DNA of 64,000 nt. Source: Diplonema japonicum. Its lineage: Eukaryota; Protista; Euglenozoa: Diplonemea. Of the stretch, positions 56,201 to 64,000 are shown in pieces; the first letter of the stretch is position 1; each line of letters opens with the position of its first letter. Both the position numbers and the translations under genes were made by a program. Where the stretch lies: the NCBI GenBank assembly GCA_964019335.1, contig OZ025651.1, positions 682,001-746,000 on the forward strand. The letters are read 5' to 3'. The notes beneath the pieces were generated by a model. That model had not been told where the DNA came from and did not search any database. It saw nothing but the letters and a program-made list of their open reading frames with translations.

Positions 56201-57220
56201 AACCGAAGAGGGTTCTACGCGTCGCCGTTCCACGCTCTCACCCGGCGGGGACAAGCGGCCCTCGGATGCAGCAAGGGAACAGGCACGAGGCTCAATCCGT
56301 TCATTGGTCTAGACGCCGCCATCACCTACGCAAAGGCGGGCAACGCTTTAGTAATGATGCCCGGAGTGTTCCCTCCCACCGTCCTCCGTGGTGTCCATGC
56401 TGACAAGGACAAACCATTATGCATCATCAGCCTCGATCACCACCGCGGGTTGAGACAAACGGACGTACCTTACGAATCGTTCAAGTTTCCGTTCAAAACA
56501 CCTGGATCGGTTCCCATCAACATGGTCATGCTTCGTGACAGCGCTGCGGCCGCGATGGCCGTCGACGACAGCCGTGCACAACCCGCAGTTGTCGAGACCG
56601 ATGAATGTGCGGAAGAGGAGTCCCAGACTGTCGTTGATTCCGAAATCGACGTGCGTGATGATTACACTTGTAAGTTCTCAAGCGTGACTAAAGATGAGAT
56701 GGGTAAGACGCCTGCTATGAAGATCACAGATTGCAGCAATATTTTATTGTGCGGGATGCAATTTACAAACGGTTACATTGGTGTCGATTCGAGGAATGCT
56801 GAGTTGATTGGAATTCGAAAGTGCGCGATGACGGAGGTCACGCATGGGTTTCTTCAGTCGGCGGTCGATCGTCGTCTCGGCCTCGCCGCTTCCAACACAG
56901 TCGTTACCGTTGGAGCCAGCAGGCTTTCGAAGTGGTTCCACACACAAGACTACCCGTTGCAGTGGGCGGTTTTTGGGTACATATCTTGCGTCTTGTACCT
57001 TGCTTTTTCCATCATTCTCATAATCCTGCAAACCGTCACCTTCAACAACAGCAAAACAACAGGGTGGCTCACTGTGACGGGGATCTCGCTTTGTGTGGAT
57101 ATTGTGGTCACCCGGCCTATTATATCCCTCTTTAAAACGTGTGTGAAGTTGTTGTTCTCCGGCTTCGGTGCGATCCTCGGCGTGCTGGGGTCTGTCGAGA
57201 GCATCAGAAACGATATTTGA
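47207..57220 (+). CDS. Polycystin-1/REJ-like giant receptor (signal peptide, C-type lectin, PAN-like modules, REJ, GPS, ~5-6 TM)
   Basis: Lectin TWEAAKKACEGEGGSLAS. REJ VNSPP...VTPRSGTALATTF. GPS CRWWDEASGTWSGSGC...CECDHATQF. PKD1-like TM segments. ATG 47207 follows TTTTTTCTAATACAG. Intronless. Confidence 0.85.
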   Translation: MLKCEWLLLLLFAVCESCYTGYSAYDYVDAAGIPQTSCFRYYNGAARTWEAAKKACEGEGGSLASMATNAEAVFISALITPRRGAPWVGAKYNGVKWEWIDKTVVLPQNSTVTSSYNPWRTHHPAQTGCGQLSIVASPAYQKMHARSCSAVSFYICQAPPLPPAALIITRNASTMQTRREDSVRVVIIDEKLSPAHGMDRSRVIVDITNATNTTSPNGLRWVGSTPVSGFIQANKTVILRCVSSGEYTVKLSVTLQNGFATNENFRKRATIVCEQNAEIEIFASSASSSTTANERCVDEPATAIKKAAIEASLSANETASHFTVWAWCPTSHSNVYWNTPPEGATGEPEYYNTAIEQWHPRTNPIDCFPHANDSTTWSPENGGEVNLTVGYSEAVLLREVVVFVPVDVKFVTNIGVITLTEEGRIEEKKRLLASAPSGISTVLYPASIGEAHQIMSDTCAEICNMIGVLCMSWCVDEGARSCLLVHDVTGFETRSGSMCGTPLSGGGYDFSAGTFLTGPIIDASALRIPLTLPAGVAIAGVYFMLPQPSSLTTTATMTDYYYNASNTIVSNDIDEYSSNSNSSSNVSQTVWIDNDANVTNVTLTASSSSTKIATPSVTVTWSESRSSTSSETFTAHDVTPSSSAASAYIEGNSSNLTLPTSTPTVAGSFTIELNDSIADVSECSTLQSIVLETSQSCVQVFSSSAIGWEECKAGVAGVDGEYATLRNGECFGYTGPCYTRTTEGGAYTARLVCVKECERLPSVLLMASSECSATSALTTPYLDICADHALQLAGDSYTYHSNNGQCTVFHGGCVLRDSKSSAVTGKLRCGDTTSVRGGGTDATVIPIWSGKAPVTCPGTVRVGLTSTQMAELSLVRTVVVTVSLPVSNPLLYPYIGQIDAVSLIGDMQDLSWSSGELFFPMYIAITVKGTGLSLSTDEYYIMEDAPGGRTESERKAVCETLVPPRSRFITGNTTNLVTPAAMRGSVGSITWYTICFALRAIQPFVPLGKALVVHPPPVRIQWKQNEVPATSTLVGEATLFHVQQVDSMNILSHAEGHTTLYVEAFNTNGERANTTMVLVSDFFGGYASFSVMFYVPGVTRMVVGAVWGFHAIEDSSVNETAILNVLVGEPHHVKFVSIPSALTTVTQVKVVVHVFDIYENHVTTDNSTTARLTVPRMLANDGGKVTAVSGVLTFYIVFAATGDAELSILPELPSSTLGQPQFISVPITVTPYDGPAYLSPGILTLTLQLGISFSSFSKSLLSQHVASVLNKQSWEVSVSSLILPTTTGEFTVLVDVIIPAGAAVFPYRVAAADMVNSDLANPSSLFHTAFDLIGVSYSVTEKNVATEAPVVLLHPPQQLKEGSSIKVSGAKKLILRSTVSHLADFTLKWDSGELDLPKLDSEGLVLAGLNDLSLVLAPNVMCNGKVYYYSMTATDAQSAVRSACGPLTHDKGLSDLPSTCAITLDTSAADQQACMDVAWTSGGDYVTYHSITTRCRIYAGDCPSTSYPGGMTLSLCGRKVLQSTASISLVVNSPPRSRSGATEIEVTPRSGTALATTFNFSACGGEWDDEAGDKPLKYKFTYTKKISEANAARAVKETYISGMHGDNCTVDQEQASASLDDCVTDALAAGHDYYEYESSGSLCRLLVGQCRPVIPCSDACSCTELDNSNSTTPSDTVSGIIAGRPVVVRNSEQCYVTTTLAEGVFDVIMCVSDLWGSPTCVPPITVEVTMPEPDLDLLSNALGAVDVADPQAALLSVHLLTDYINKINDTGSTGTGSRTSFKKQLLTSMQSSSPGADLIGETCDSVSALSANPDDLDDSMRENTALFLADSLSAAAGADVAIEASAGVAALEGLGSVLFGELPATPDGAAAARVSRILSAQDDNATAASPEETYAANDTNSTNEPSDAQKRAAAIDTAITNSLGALKKGLLSGTVAGEKAETIATGGLSMTVQRTKGPPSALSSAKAAVAIPSTLQSEVNGAGGEVDAQITEVDNDPKAVISGSPSMSPVVGFTMSAAGGGDLSIKQLTQPLRITMQTAITKQGSQDPLAVTAVSCRWWDEASGTWSGSGCRLVVDGVKYRCGTRSNGKPMWCQRAPGVHTDPIVAEAAAARSRPQKGRVGRVLESDAPTSLRVLICECDHATQFSVGGLADLKPKPNFPTLDITDLSQVSGAVLIVICTFAGIVVVSTAVLCVRDIRSIDLGKTGQHMENIREFEGIQKKKKKNKQHKRQPKEDNTADEAVTRAVFAQPFVLDLSDATASKLKNFGKLYMRICLSSHIWLRALLKQATTTRNFESHQKALVLYCLIAAALFVNSVWYRHPDENTSLIGQLSNNAYAAASTIAVLLPSAFVLSHFFVYTPPLGTGKKGALYAPITTKPDTAPDIADVKEAVLAVIATGCSRSGEARFELPSDEMNLVIKEEVNLGRLHCAVTMALLQDNLIDLRDPEVELGPSLVNSAVEKIKSVYIGLMKEKNADLQLTMQVVRDNTIQTIVVTDLDAQFEEELKAESLRSRWLPALRCLYSCRSAGSVGKLYMPHQYQLASCLFQMALIGDNPDLFTLMHRVDASCLTVRETVKSVIAENRIGRAWAMYYARKHLRIQASSFTRLHHMSLPTEPEELELIFGLRNPIDPAFLGGVPYMSKEETCVENGIVYKWVDAVEEVAKACSGEGSFLKAAHMFRHAELGEDDIHEARKQWQSVEKRGWRDLEEMDTDARRDSLLGSDCSDDILERARDVKEAVAFECNDVAEPPKSTADAKGLGILLKFRSGNPETLKQTLVEAMAGILVSDGDPLQEGARTRSIEYGRLMARNYAVLVGVSPKRFCSLFTAEEQGEILKIAPGRISVGCNVIIVNCEDKLRELCGVEWNELKTPYVGGEGRVVKIFEPGDYATSRWVTVVFGDRQERLFPEKAVKVTGREEMETMLLHITTGRIDKLNDYARRKLHINKKQVGNNIFNPRKVNLHLTYSLNVLFHADIDEKVSKYPSVEIKRGVLYCCSPLNRRGFYASPFHALTRRGQAALGCSKGTGTRLNPFIGLDAAITYAKAGNALVMMPGVFPPTVLRGVHADKDKPLCIISLDHHRGLRQTDVPYESFKFPFKTPGSVPINMVMLRDSAAAAMAVDDSRAQPAVVETDECAEEESQTVVDSEIDVRDDYTCKFSSVTKDEMGKTPAMKITDCSNILLCGMQFTNGYIGVDSRNAELIGIRKCAMTEVTHGFLQSAVDRRLGLAASNTVVTVGASRLSKWFHTQDYPLQWAVFGYISCVLYLAFSIILIILQTVTFNNSKTTGWLTVTGISLCVDIVVTRPIISLFKTCVKLLFSGFGAILGVLGSVESIRNDI

Positions 57221-58820
57221 AAACGGGTGATGATGGTGGATCGAATCTTCTTCTCTCTCTTTTTTTTCTTTCTTTATTTCCATAAAGAAAAAAAGACTCA
57301 CGAGAAAGAGGAAAAAAGAATTGTTTCCCAGTTTTTTTCTGGTTTTTCCATTCCCTCTTTTCTGTTACCGCCGTGGGGGGGGGGAAGAAAAAAAAAGGGG
57401 CAAAAAAGTCAACGTTTACACAGGATGAGGCCAATTAAAATAATATTGGGGACCAATGTGGCACACAAAAAGGAAAAAGTGAACCCGGACCAAGAAAAAC
57501 GTGATAAAGGCGCCCTGTGGAACGGGTGTTGGGGTGAAAAGGAGGATGGGGAGAGTCCAGTAAGAACAGATATAAAAAACACGGAAGAGCAAAGAAGCGA
57601 AGGGCCGCCAGTGCTGCCGACGAGACTTCCACAGGCCACAAACGGACGTACCTTACGAATCGTTCAAGTTTCCGTTCAAAACACCTGGATCGGTTCCCAT
57701 CAACATGGTCATGCTTCGTGACAGCGCTGCGGCCGCGATGGCCGTCGACGACAGCCGTGCACAACCCGCAGTTGTCGAGACCGATGAATGTGCGGAAGAG
57801 GAGTCCCAGACTGTCGTTGATTCCGAAATCGACGTGCGTGATGATTACACTTGTAAGTTCTCAAGCGTGACTAAAGATGAGATGGGTAAGACGCCTGCTA
57901 TGAAGATCACAGATTGCAGCAATATTTTATTGTGCGGGATGCAATTTACAAACGGTTACATTGGTGTCGATTCGAGGAATGCTGAGTTGATTGGAATTCG
58001 AAAGTGCGCGATGACGGAGGTCACGCATGGGTTTCTTCAGTCGGCGGTCGATCGTCGTCTCGGCCTCGCCGCTTCCAACACAGTCGTTACCGTTGGAGCC
58101 AGCAGGCTTTCGAAGTGGTTCCACACACAAGACTACCCGTTGCAGTGGGCGGTTTTTGGGTACATATCTTGCGTCTTGTACCTTGCTTTTTCCATCATTC
58201 TCATAATCCTGCAAACCGTCACCTTCAACAACAGCAAAACAACAGGGTGGCTCACTGTGACGGGGATCTCGCTTTGTGTGGATATTGTGGTCACCCGGCC
58301 TATTATATCCCTCTTTAAAACGTGTGTGAAGTTGTTGTTCTCCGGCTTCGGTGCGATCCTCGGCGTGCTGGGGTCTGTCGAGAGCATCAGAAACGATATT
58401 TGAAAACGGGTGATGATGGTGGATCGAATCTTCTTCTCTCTCTTTTTTTTCTTTCTTTATTTCCATAAAGAAAAAAAGACTCACGAGAAAGAGGAAAAAA
58501 GAATTGTTTCCCAGTTTTTTTCTGGTTTTTCCATTCCCTCTTTTCTGTTACCGCCGTGGGGGGGGGGAAGAAAAAAAAAGGGGCAAAAAAGTCAACGTTT
58601 ACACAGGATGAGGCCAATTAAAATAATATTGGGGACCAATGTGGCACACAAAAAGGAAAAAGTGAACCCGGACCAAGAAAAACGTGATAAAGGCGCCCTG
58701 TGGAACGGGTGTTGGGGTGAAAAGGAGGATGGGGAGAGTCCAGTAAGAACAGATATAAAAAACACGGAAGAGCAAAGAAGCGAAGGGCCGCCAGTGCTGC
58801 CGACGAGACTTCCACAGGCC
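56455..58820. repeat. Tandem duplication, unit 1183 bp (56455..57637 and 57638..58820)
   Basis: Constant 1183-nt offset, identical translations and matching homopolymer lengths where checked. ACAA microhomology at the junction. Confidence 0.95.
57425..58403 (+). pseudogene. Chimeric fragment made by the duplication (5' end of the downstream gene fused out of frame to the 3' end of the PKD1-like gene)
   Basis: MRPIKIILG... runs into the duplicated segment and stops at 57721. The duplicated C-terminal PKD1-like ORF is 57705..58403. Confidence 0.7.
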
Positions 58821-61403
58821 ACAACCGGTGGGAAAGCACCCTGCTCCAGCGATAACGGAAGCGACATCCAAGAAACTGAGGTGATCTTCACACCTTCAGA
58901 TGTAGGAACTCACCCTGTGCATCATATAGAGGATCGTGATGAAACCAGCAGCCCGTCAGAACAGCCGAGCCCCCATTCCAGCTCCTGTGACTCCCTCGAC
59001 GACCAGCTCAGCCAAGAAGTCGAACAGACACCCAAACGAATCATTTCCGAGAATGCCGTCAGGATCCCGGACCCCTCCGCCATGGCCCGTCTTGCTGTCA
59101 TCATCACCACAGCAGAATCCGAAGTTCTTGCCAAGAGGTTCTGCACCCAACACACCGAAGGCGTGCATGTGGACGAGGAAATGGTTAAAACCCGCAAACC
59201 CGACGACTTGTTAGCACCCTTGCTCCAAGAGCCTGAGGAAAACCCCTCCGTCGCTGTGAGCCCCATCTCGGAAATCAGTGCGCACAGCCATCTCTTCGAT
59301 CTGTCGTCTGTAGCGTCCTCGCTCAACGCCGAGGCTGAGGGAACGGTCTCGCTCGATAATTTACCTCCATTCACAAAGGCGATACCCCGCGTGCTTCTTC
59401 AAACTGGGTTGGGGCTTCCTTTGGGGCTCGTGTCGGAGACACGGGTTCCTCCTATGATCCACCCACCCCCCAACACACCTGTGAAAGGCAACAAACCGTC
59501 GATGCCGCAGTCGGTGTTGTTTAGAAACAGCTTAGGAGTTGCTGTGGAGGGCATCGCAACGGAGGTGAGCAACAGCCAGTCGAAATACGGCCCCCGCCCC
59601 GGGGAGCTGTTGAAGCTCCCTGTATGGGGCCGGCTTCTCGATTGTAAGAAATACGCCTCAGATGTTGTACAAGAAGTCATGTCTTGCAACCCCGAGGTGA
59701 CGGTTGTTGTGGAGGATGAGGAGGCGGAGATACTGCTCCACCTGCAGTACGTTGCACCTGACGGGACGCACCTCCCCACGGACACCAGGTACCAACGGGT
59801 AAGGCTGATACGCGAAGCGTCCGCAGCTATTATGTCACATATGTTTACAGGGGATTTGCCCTCTTCGAAGGCGGTGAACCCAGCGTTTCTTTTGGCACAC
59901 CTCGACCCTAAGGTACAGTGGAAGTACCAGCAACGACAGTTTTCACACAAAATCCAAACAACCGGGTGCAGAGATCTCATCGATCGAGAGTGGGACACAC
60001 CACCGGAACTGCACCCGCGGTTGCTAGCGCAAGCGAAGTCCTGGGGCAATGCAGTCTTGAAGACATTCGTGCACCCAAGGGATAACAGGGTCACCAAAAA
60101 GATTTACATCGAACTGATGTCGAGGGTGTATAACGCCCTGCTCCCAAGCAAAGCATGCGTGTTGGGACGGTCGTTGGCGATGCAGGACTGGGAGGAGGAC
60201 AGCTTCGAGACAGCAACACCAGCAGCCTCGTGCTCTTCTTCATGCAAATCATCAACATTCACCATCGAGGGCCATCGACGAGAATACTTAACCATCAATG
60301 AATGGTACACCGTACTGGTGAAGTGTGTCTCGGAGTGGTCGGACGAAGTGGAAGAAGCACACACATTGCTAGTCAGATTGAAGGACAAGGTTATGATCGA
60401 TCTTAAGAGGGAGAAGGCGGAACACTACGCGGCATTCGCTGTTCCCAGCACAACACCAGAAGAAAAATCCCCGCTTCTCCAGTTATTCTGCGAGGGTGTG
60501 CCAAGCCCGATAATCCAGGGAAACCCACGGCCCTGCAGTGTGGGAACTCACACGAATCAGAAACGGCAAACTTCGTTCTCAAAGAAACAGCTGTCACGAC
60601 CCGTTCGCGGGGCCCGGATCTCTGTTGAAATCAGGCCTCAAACAGCGGCACCCCACGTAAACAGCGAGCTCAAAAGGGAAAACCTTCTCAAGGCGGTCAC
60701 GGAACGACGCAACGCAACACGGAAAAAAGAATTCCATCGCAAACACGACATGATCAAGAAAACAGAAGAAAAGCACAACCGGGCGAGACAACGACGGCTA
60801 CAAATAACCGCAGGTGTAACGGACATCTTGTTAGAGGAAGATTCACCTGTTACGACCTGCAACGACAAACCAGGAAAACAGGACGAGGAGGTGCAGCAAG
60901 GAAGCTCGTTAATCCACGACGGACTTATCATACACAAATTCGGGCAACAAGATGTCGAACCCTCATTGTTCCGCTCGGACCCATCGCATGCGGCCGTGGT
61001 CCGGTCGGTACTAGCGGGGATGGAAGAGTATGGTGTCCCGAAGAACGATGAGCATGACAAGTCCAGCCAAACGCTCCATAGAAGTGGTGGTACACAAAGT
61101 ATACGGAGGCACAGTTTTCGGCGGCTTCGCACGCGTGACAGAGAGGGAATCGAGAAGTTAATTATACGACGCAGCGCCGTTGAGAGCATACCCGAACCCG
61201 ACCTTGCACCCACTACCATCCTCACCAAACGGCATACTTGGAAAGGTCTCGACAGTTGCATGCAGCGTACCGTTGTGCGCACCGCCGCTATTTTAAACAC
61301 CGTGCCTGGGCACGACCTGGCCCCCGACCATTCCTGCAAAACCCTCGCGTCGGCCATAACACCCTTGCAACGCCTTCGAGGACCCGATACTGTGTTTTGG
61401 TGA
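58608..61403 (+). CDS. Hypothetical protein (~931 aa)
   Basis: Long ORF with ATG right after ACACAG-G. No recognised domain. Confidence 0.8.
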   Translation: MRPIKIILGTNVAHKKEKVNPDQEKRDKGALWNGCWGEKEDGESPVRTDIKNTEEQRSEGPPVLPTRLPQATTGGKAPCSSDNGSDIQETEVIFTPSDVGTHPVHHIEDRDETSSPSEQPSPHSSSCDSLDDQLSQEVEQTPKRIISENAVRIPDPSAMARLAVIITTAESEVLAKRFCTQHTEGVHVDEEMVKTRKPDDLLAPLLQEPEENPSVAVSPISEISAHSHLFDLSSVASSLNAEAEGTVSLDNLPPFTKAIPRVLLQTGLGLPLGLVSETRVPPMIHPPPNTPVKGNKPSMPQSVLFRNSLGVAVEGIATEVSNSQSKYGPRPGELLKLPVWGRLLDCKKYASDVVQEVMSCNPEVTVVVEDEEAEILLHLQYVAPDGTHLPTDTRYQRVRLIREASAAIMSHMFTGDLPSSKAVNPAFLLAHLDPKVQWKYQQRQFSHKIQTTGCRDLIDREWDTPPELHPRLLAQAKSWGNAVLKTFVHPRDNRVTKKIYIELMSRVYNALLPSKACVLGRSLAMQDWEEDSFETATPAASCSSSCKSSTFTIEGHRREYLTINEWYTVLVKCVSEWSDEVEEAHTLLVRLKDKVMIDLKREKAEHYAAFAVPSTTPEEKSPLLQLFCEGVPSPIIQGNPRPCSVGTHTNQKRQTSFSKKQLSRPVRGARISVEIRPQTAAPHVNSELKRENLLKAVTERRNATRKKEFHRKHDMIKKTEEKHNRARQRRLQITAGVTDILLEEDSPVTTCNDKPGKQDEEVQQGSSLIHDGLIIHKFGQQDVEPSLFRSDPSHAAVVRSVLAGMEEYGVPKNDEHDKSSQTLHRSGGTQSIRRHSFRRLRTRDREGIEKLIIRRSAVESIPEPDLAPTTILTKRHTWKGLDSCMQRTVVRTAAILNTVPGHDLAPDHSCKTLASAITPLQRLRGPDTVFW

Positions 61404-61516
61404 TTTACATTGCCCTTTCTTCTCCCTGTCGGTGTCTTTTCTTCTTTTTTTCTTTTCTTCTTTTTTGCCGGAAAAAAAAAAAGGAGGAGGGGGGGGAAGG
61501 TCCCTACACAAAAAAA

Positions 61517-62498
61517 ATGTCGGACAGGCTTGTGGACGGCATCAACAACACGGGGGATGTGTCGCGGAAACTGGATGAATGGAGGATGAGCCATCCGCAC
61601 TATGGATGCACCACAGACAGGGCATCGAAAGGGGTGATGGTGGTGGTGGTGATCGCGCTGATCGTTCTAACATACCTCCCGTACGTAATTCTGAACGAGA
61701 ACCGCGGCTCTGCAGGGGTGCTGTGCGTCGTCATCTTTCACATACCCTTCTGCTTGATGCTCGGGTCGTATTTTCAAATCGTAATGATAGACCCCGGGAC
61801 AGTGCCGAGGTGGTGGCACGACGCAATCGCGGCAGAAGCGGCAAGTGATTACCAGGTTTGCAGAAGGTGCAATATGCATAAGCCGCCTCGTGCTCACTTC
61901 GATTCTATTTCGGAGCGGCTGGTGCTGAACATGGATCACTTTTGCCCGTGGGTAGCCAACACCGTTGGTTTTTACAACCGGAAGTTTTTTGTGCTGTTTA
62001 TAGGGTACACCTTTGTACTTTGTACCTGGGTCTGTATCACCATGCTCGTTGTGTTCCATGAGCAGCTGTTCCCATTCTTCGGTTCTTCCTCGTCATCGTC
62101 GACCCCCGCCGACGATGGGGATGACAGCGTTCCGCATCACACGCGGATTCTGTTCTCCGCGTCATTCGTGATAAACTGTTTGTTCTCGCTGATGCTGTCC
62201 TGCTTCTCTTACTTCCACTTCAAAATGGCCTACAAAAACGAAACCACCATCGAAGGCGACACGCTTCCCCAGTTCCACCTGACTCCGAGGGAAAATTGGT
62301 GCCAGGTATTTTCTTTTGGAAAAAAAAAAAAAAAAAAAAAAAAAAAAGGTTTTTGGGAAAAACCCTTGGTATTGGTTCCTCCCCGTGTGGGGAGACGGGC
62401 CTGATGGGGACGGGATACGTTGGACGCTGGCAGGTGGGAAAATAGATGGTCTCCCCAACAGCAGGCAGGACGAGTCAAGGGGCACGGAGCTGCTATGA
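61517..62498 (+). CDS. DHHC-family palmitoyltransferase, DHFC variant; join(61517..62305,62349..62498)
   Basis: DPG, KPPRAH, MDHFCPWVANTVGFYNRKFF and NETTIE. Splicing restores NWCQ|VFGKNPWYWFLP. Confidence 0.92.
62306..62348 (+). other. Intron, 43 nt, poly(A)-AG acceptor
   Basis: GTATT...A28 G. Confidence 0.93.
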
Positions 62499-62802
62499 AG
62501 AATGACTTTTTTTCTCTTTTTTTTTTCTTCCTTTTGTTTCCGCCGCAAAAACCACTGATTTATCGGAGACCGTCACACACCCCCACTCCGGGGAAGGGGG
62601 GGGGATAATAGAGAGGGGGGGGGGGGGGGGGGGGGGAAAGCCCCCTTTTTTTGTGCAATAAAAAAAAGTTTCGGGCTTCGTTACAATGCTCTTCTTTCTG
62701 GTTGGCGCCCCTCAAAAATTTTTTAGAGAAATGCATATCCGTTCTGTAATTCTCCCTCAAAGGTACCATATCTACACGGGAGAAAGAAAGAAAAAGGGGG
62801 AA

Positions 62803-63267
62803 ATGTCGTCGCAAGCAGTGTTTCAAGCAGCAGGGAGAAAATATGCACCAGTACCGCCAGCACATGAGTTTTTGAAAACCGAGGCGAGAAAAATGAAAGC
62901 GGAAGGTGCGATACTCCACATGGGGAAGAAAGCTGCGGCTGGAGTGGCGGCTGGGAGTGTAGGAATGTGGGTGTTGTGCGGAAGCATTGGGGTTCTCTGC
63001 GTAGCAACCATGTATGTGTGCAAGCAGCAGTACCTCGTGGATTTGGAGAATGAGAAGAGGCTCAGAGAGATAGAGCGTCGAAGATTCAAAGAATTGGGTG
63101 ATTTTGATGATGAAAGCACGGAGCTCCTCGAGAGCGCCATCGCTGAAGGGCAACGAATCGTCGACTCCACAGGTAGCCCGGTGTGCGGGGCGTACCCTCC
63201 CCCGACTACCGCATCGTGGAAAATGTCCCTTTCCGACAAGCCCTCCGGCCTTGTGCCTCTCCATTAG
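62803..63267 (+). CDS. Small single-pass membrane hypothetical protein (154 aa)
   Basis: ATG after a purine run, then a hydrophobic segment followed by a charged helix. Confidence 0.7.
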   Translation: MSSQAVFQAAGRKYAPVPPAHEFLKTEARKMKAEGAILHMGKKAAAGVAAGSVGMWVLCGSIGVLCVATMYVCKQQYLVDLENEKRLREIERRRFKELGDFDDESTELLESAIAEGQRIVDSTGSPVCGAYPPPTTASWKMSLSDKPSGLVPLH

Positions 63268-63435
63268 ACGCTACACGAAAAAAGAAAAGAAAAAAAAAAA
63301 AAAGAACCTTGCCCGGACGCGAAAAAAGACTAGGGGGGGGAAAAAAAAACTTTATTACCCTCTCCCTATTATTATTTTTTTCTTTTTTGTGCATGGTGGA
63401 TCATCTCCAGGCAAAAAAAAAAAAAGAAATTAACC

Positions 63436-64000
63436 ATGCCACCGAAAATCGAGTGCGACATCGTCATCGGTCCGGGTGTCAAGATGAACAACCTCAAGAT
63501 GGTTCAAGGCGATGATGCAATGATAGAGAGGCTCAGCAAACTGGAGGGGAAGGAGGTTTACATCAAAGGCGACCCATCAGAACCCGGAATGGTTATGTGC
63601 ACGGAAGACAGCACATATGAGATCACTACACTGGAAACAACGAACTCCTGCATGCTGTGCAAGAGGCAGGACGGCGAGGATAAGATTATCCTGGGCATGG
63701 CAGACCACACCGCAGTTGTAAAAAGAATCCCCGGATGCATCGCAAGCGACCTAAAAAAACTTCTGGAAAAAGGTCGATACAACACACAACAAATCGTATC
63801 AAGGCTCAAAGCGTCAGAAGCAGAGATAAAATCAGCATTACACAACTCCCCCGCGGTGTTTCATGAAGACGCTTGGGTACTGTGTGACAAAAGTGATACT
63901 GAACACGCTCTGGAAACCCTCCTCCGCATTGGAGATGCCGTAATGGACCTCGACAGATTCACACAAGAAGAATCTATCGAAAAATTAAAGGAATATCACG
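63436..64000 (+). CDS. DCC1: Sister chromatid cohesion protein DCC1 (5' part; runs off the window)
   Basis: My translation gives MPPKIEC...VYIKGDPSEPGMVMCTEDSTYEITTLETTNSCML...LKASEAEIKSAL, which resembles DCC1 motifs (IRG...AVLC...TY...TSN; QASEEE). Not in the ORF track because there is no stop in the window. Confidence 0.8.
   Translation, partial: MPPKIECDIVIGPGVKMNNLKMVQGDDAMIERLSKLEGKEVYIKGDPSEPGMVMCTEDSTYEITTLETTNSCMLCKRQDGEDKIILGMADHTAVVKRIPGCIASDLKKLLEKGRYNTQQIVSRLKASEAEIKSALHNSPAVFHEDAWVLCDKSDTEHALETLLRIGDAVMDLDRFTQEESIEKLKEYH

Overview
A eukaryotic (protist) genomic window, most likely a euglenozoan such as a diplonemid. This is inferred from the gene content, the ubiquitin-S27a C-terminus, the BspA-type LRRs and the unidirectional gene array. 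It holds 21 protein genes, all on the + strand, several only 100-180 nt apart and separated by homopolymer-rich spacers, which fits polycistronic transcription with trans-splicing. In order, the genes are CK1, PABP, a degenerate truncated dynein heavy chain, a Ras GTPase, an IQ/EF-hand protein, a sirtuin with an inserted GGACT/AIG2-like domain, a helical-repeat protein, PEX1, a hypothetical protein, a bacterial-type DUF4197 protein, a coiled-coil protein, ubiquitin-S27a, CLU1, a Vps37-like protein, a kinase-Bbox-LRR protein, a TmcB-like PAS sensor, a PKD1/REJ-like giant receptor, a hypothetical protein, a DHHC-family (DHFC) enzyme, a small TM protein and DCC1 (partial). The standout signal is a coherent class of 17 GT-AG introns. 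Sixteen are 33-76 nt long, most carry a poly(A) tract instead of a polypyrimidine tract, many start with a copy of the downstream exon start, and every one lies within 1 kb of coding sequence from the stop codon. Also present: two clear MITEs (one carrying a tRNA-derived cassette), a probable third DNA element inside an intron, and a 1183-bp tandem duplication with no differences seen. All calls come from reading the sequence; no searches were run.
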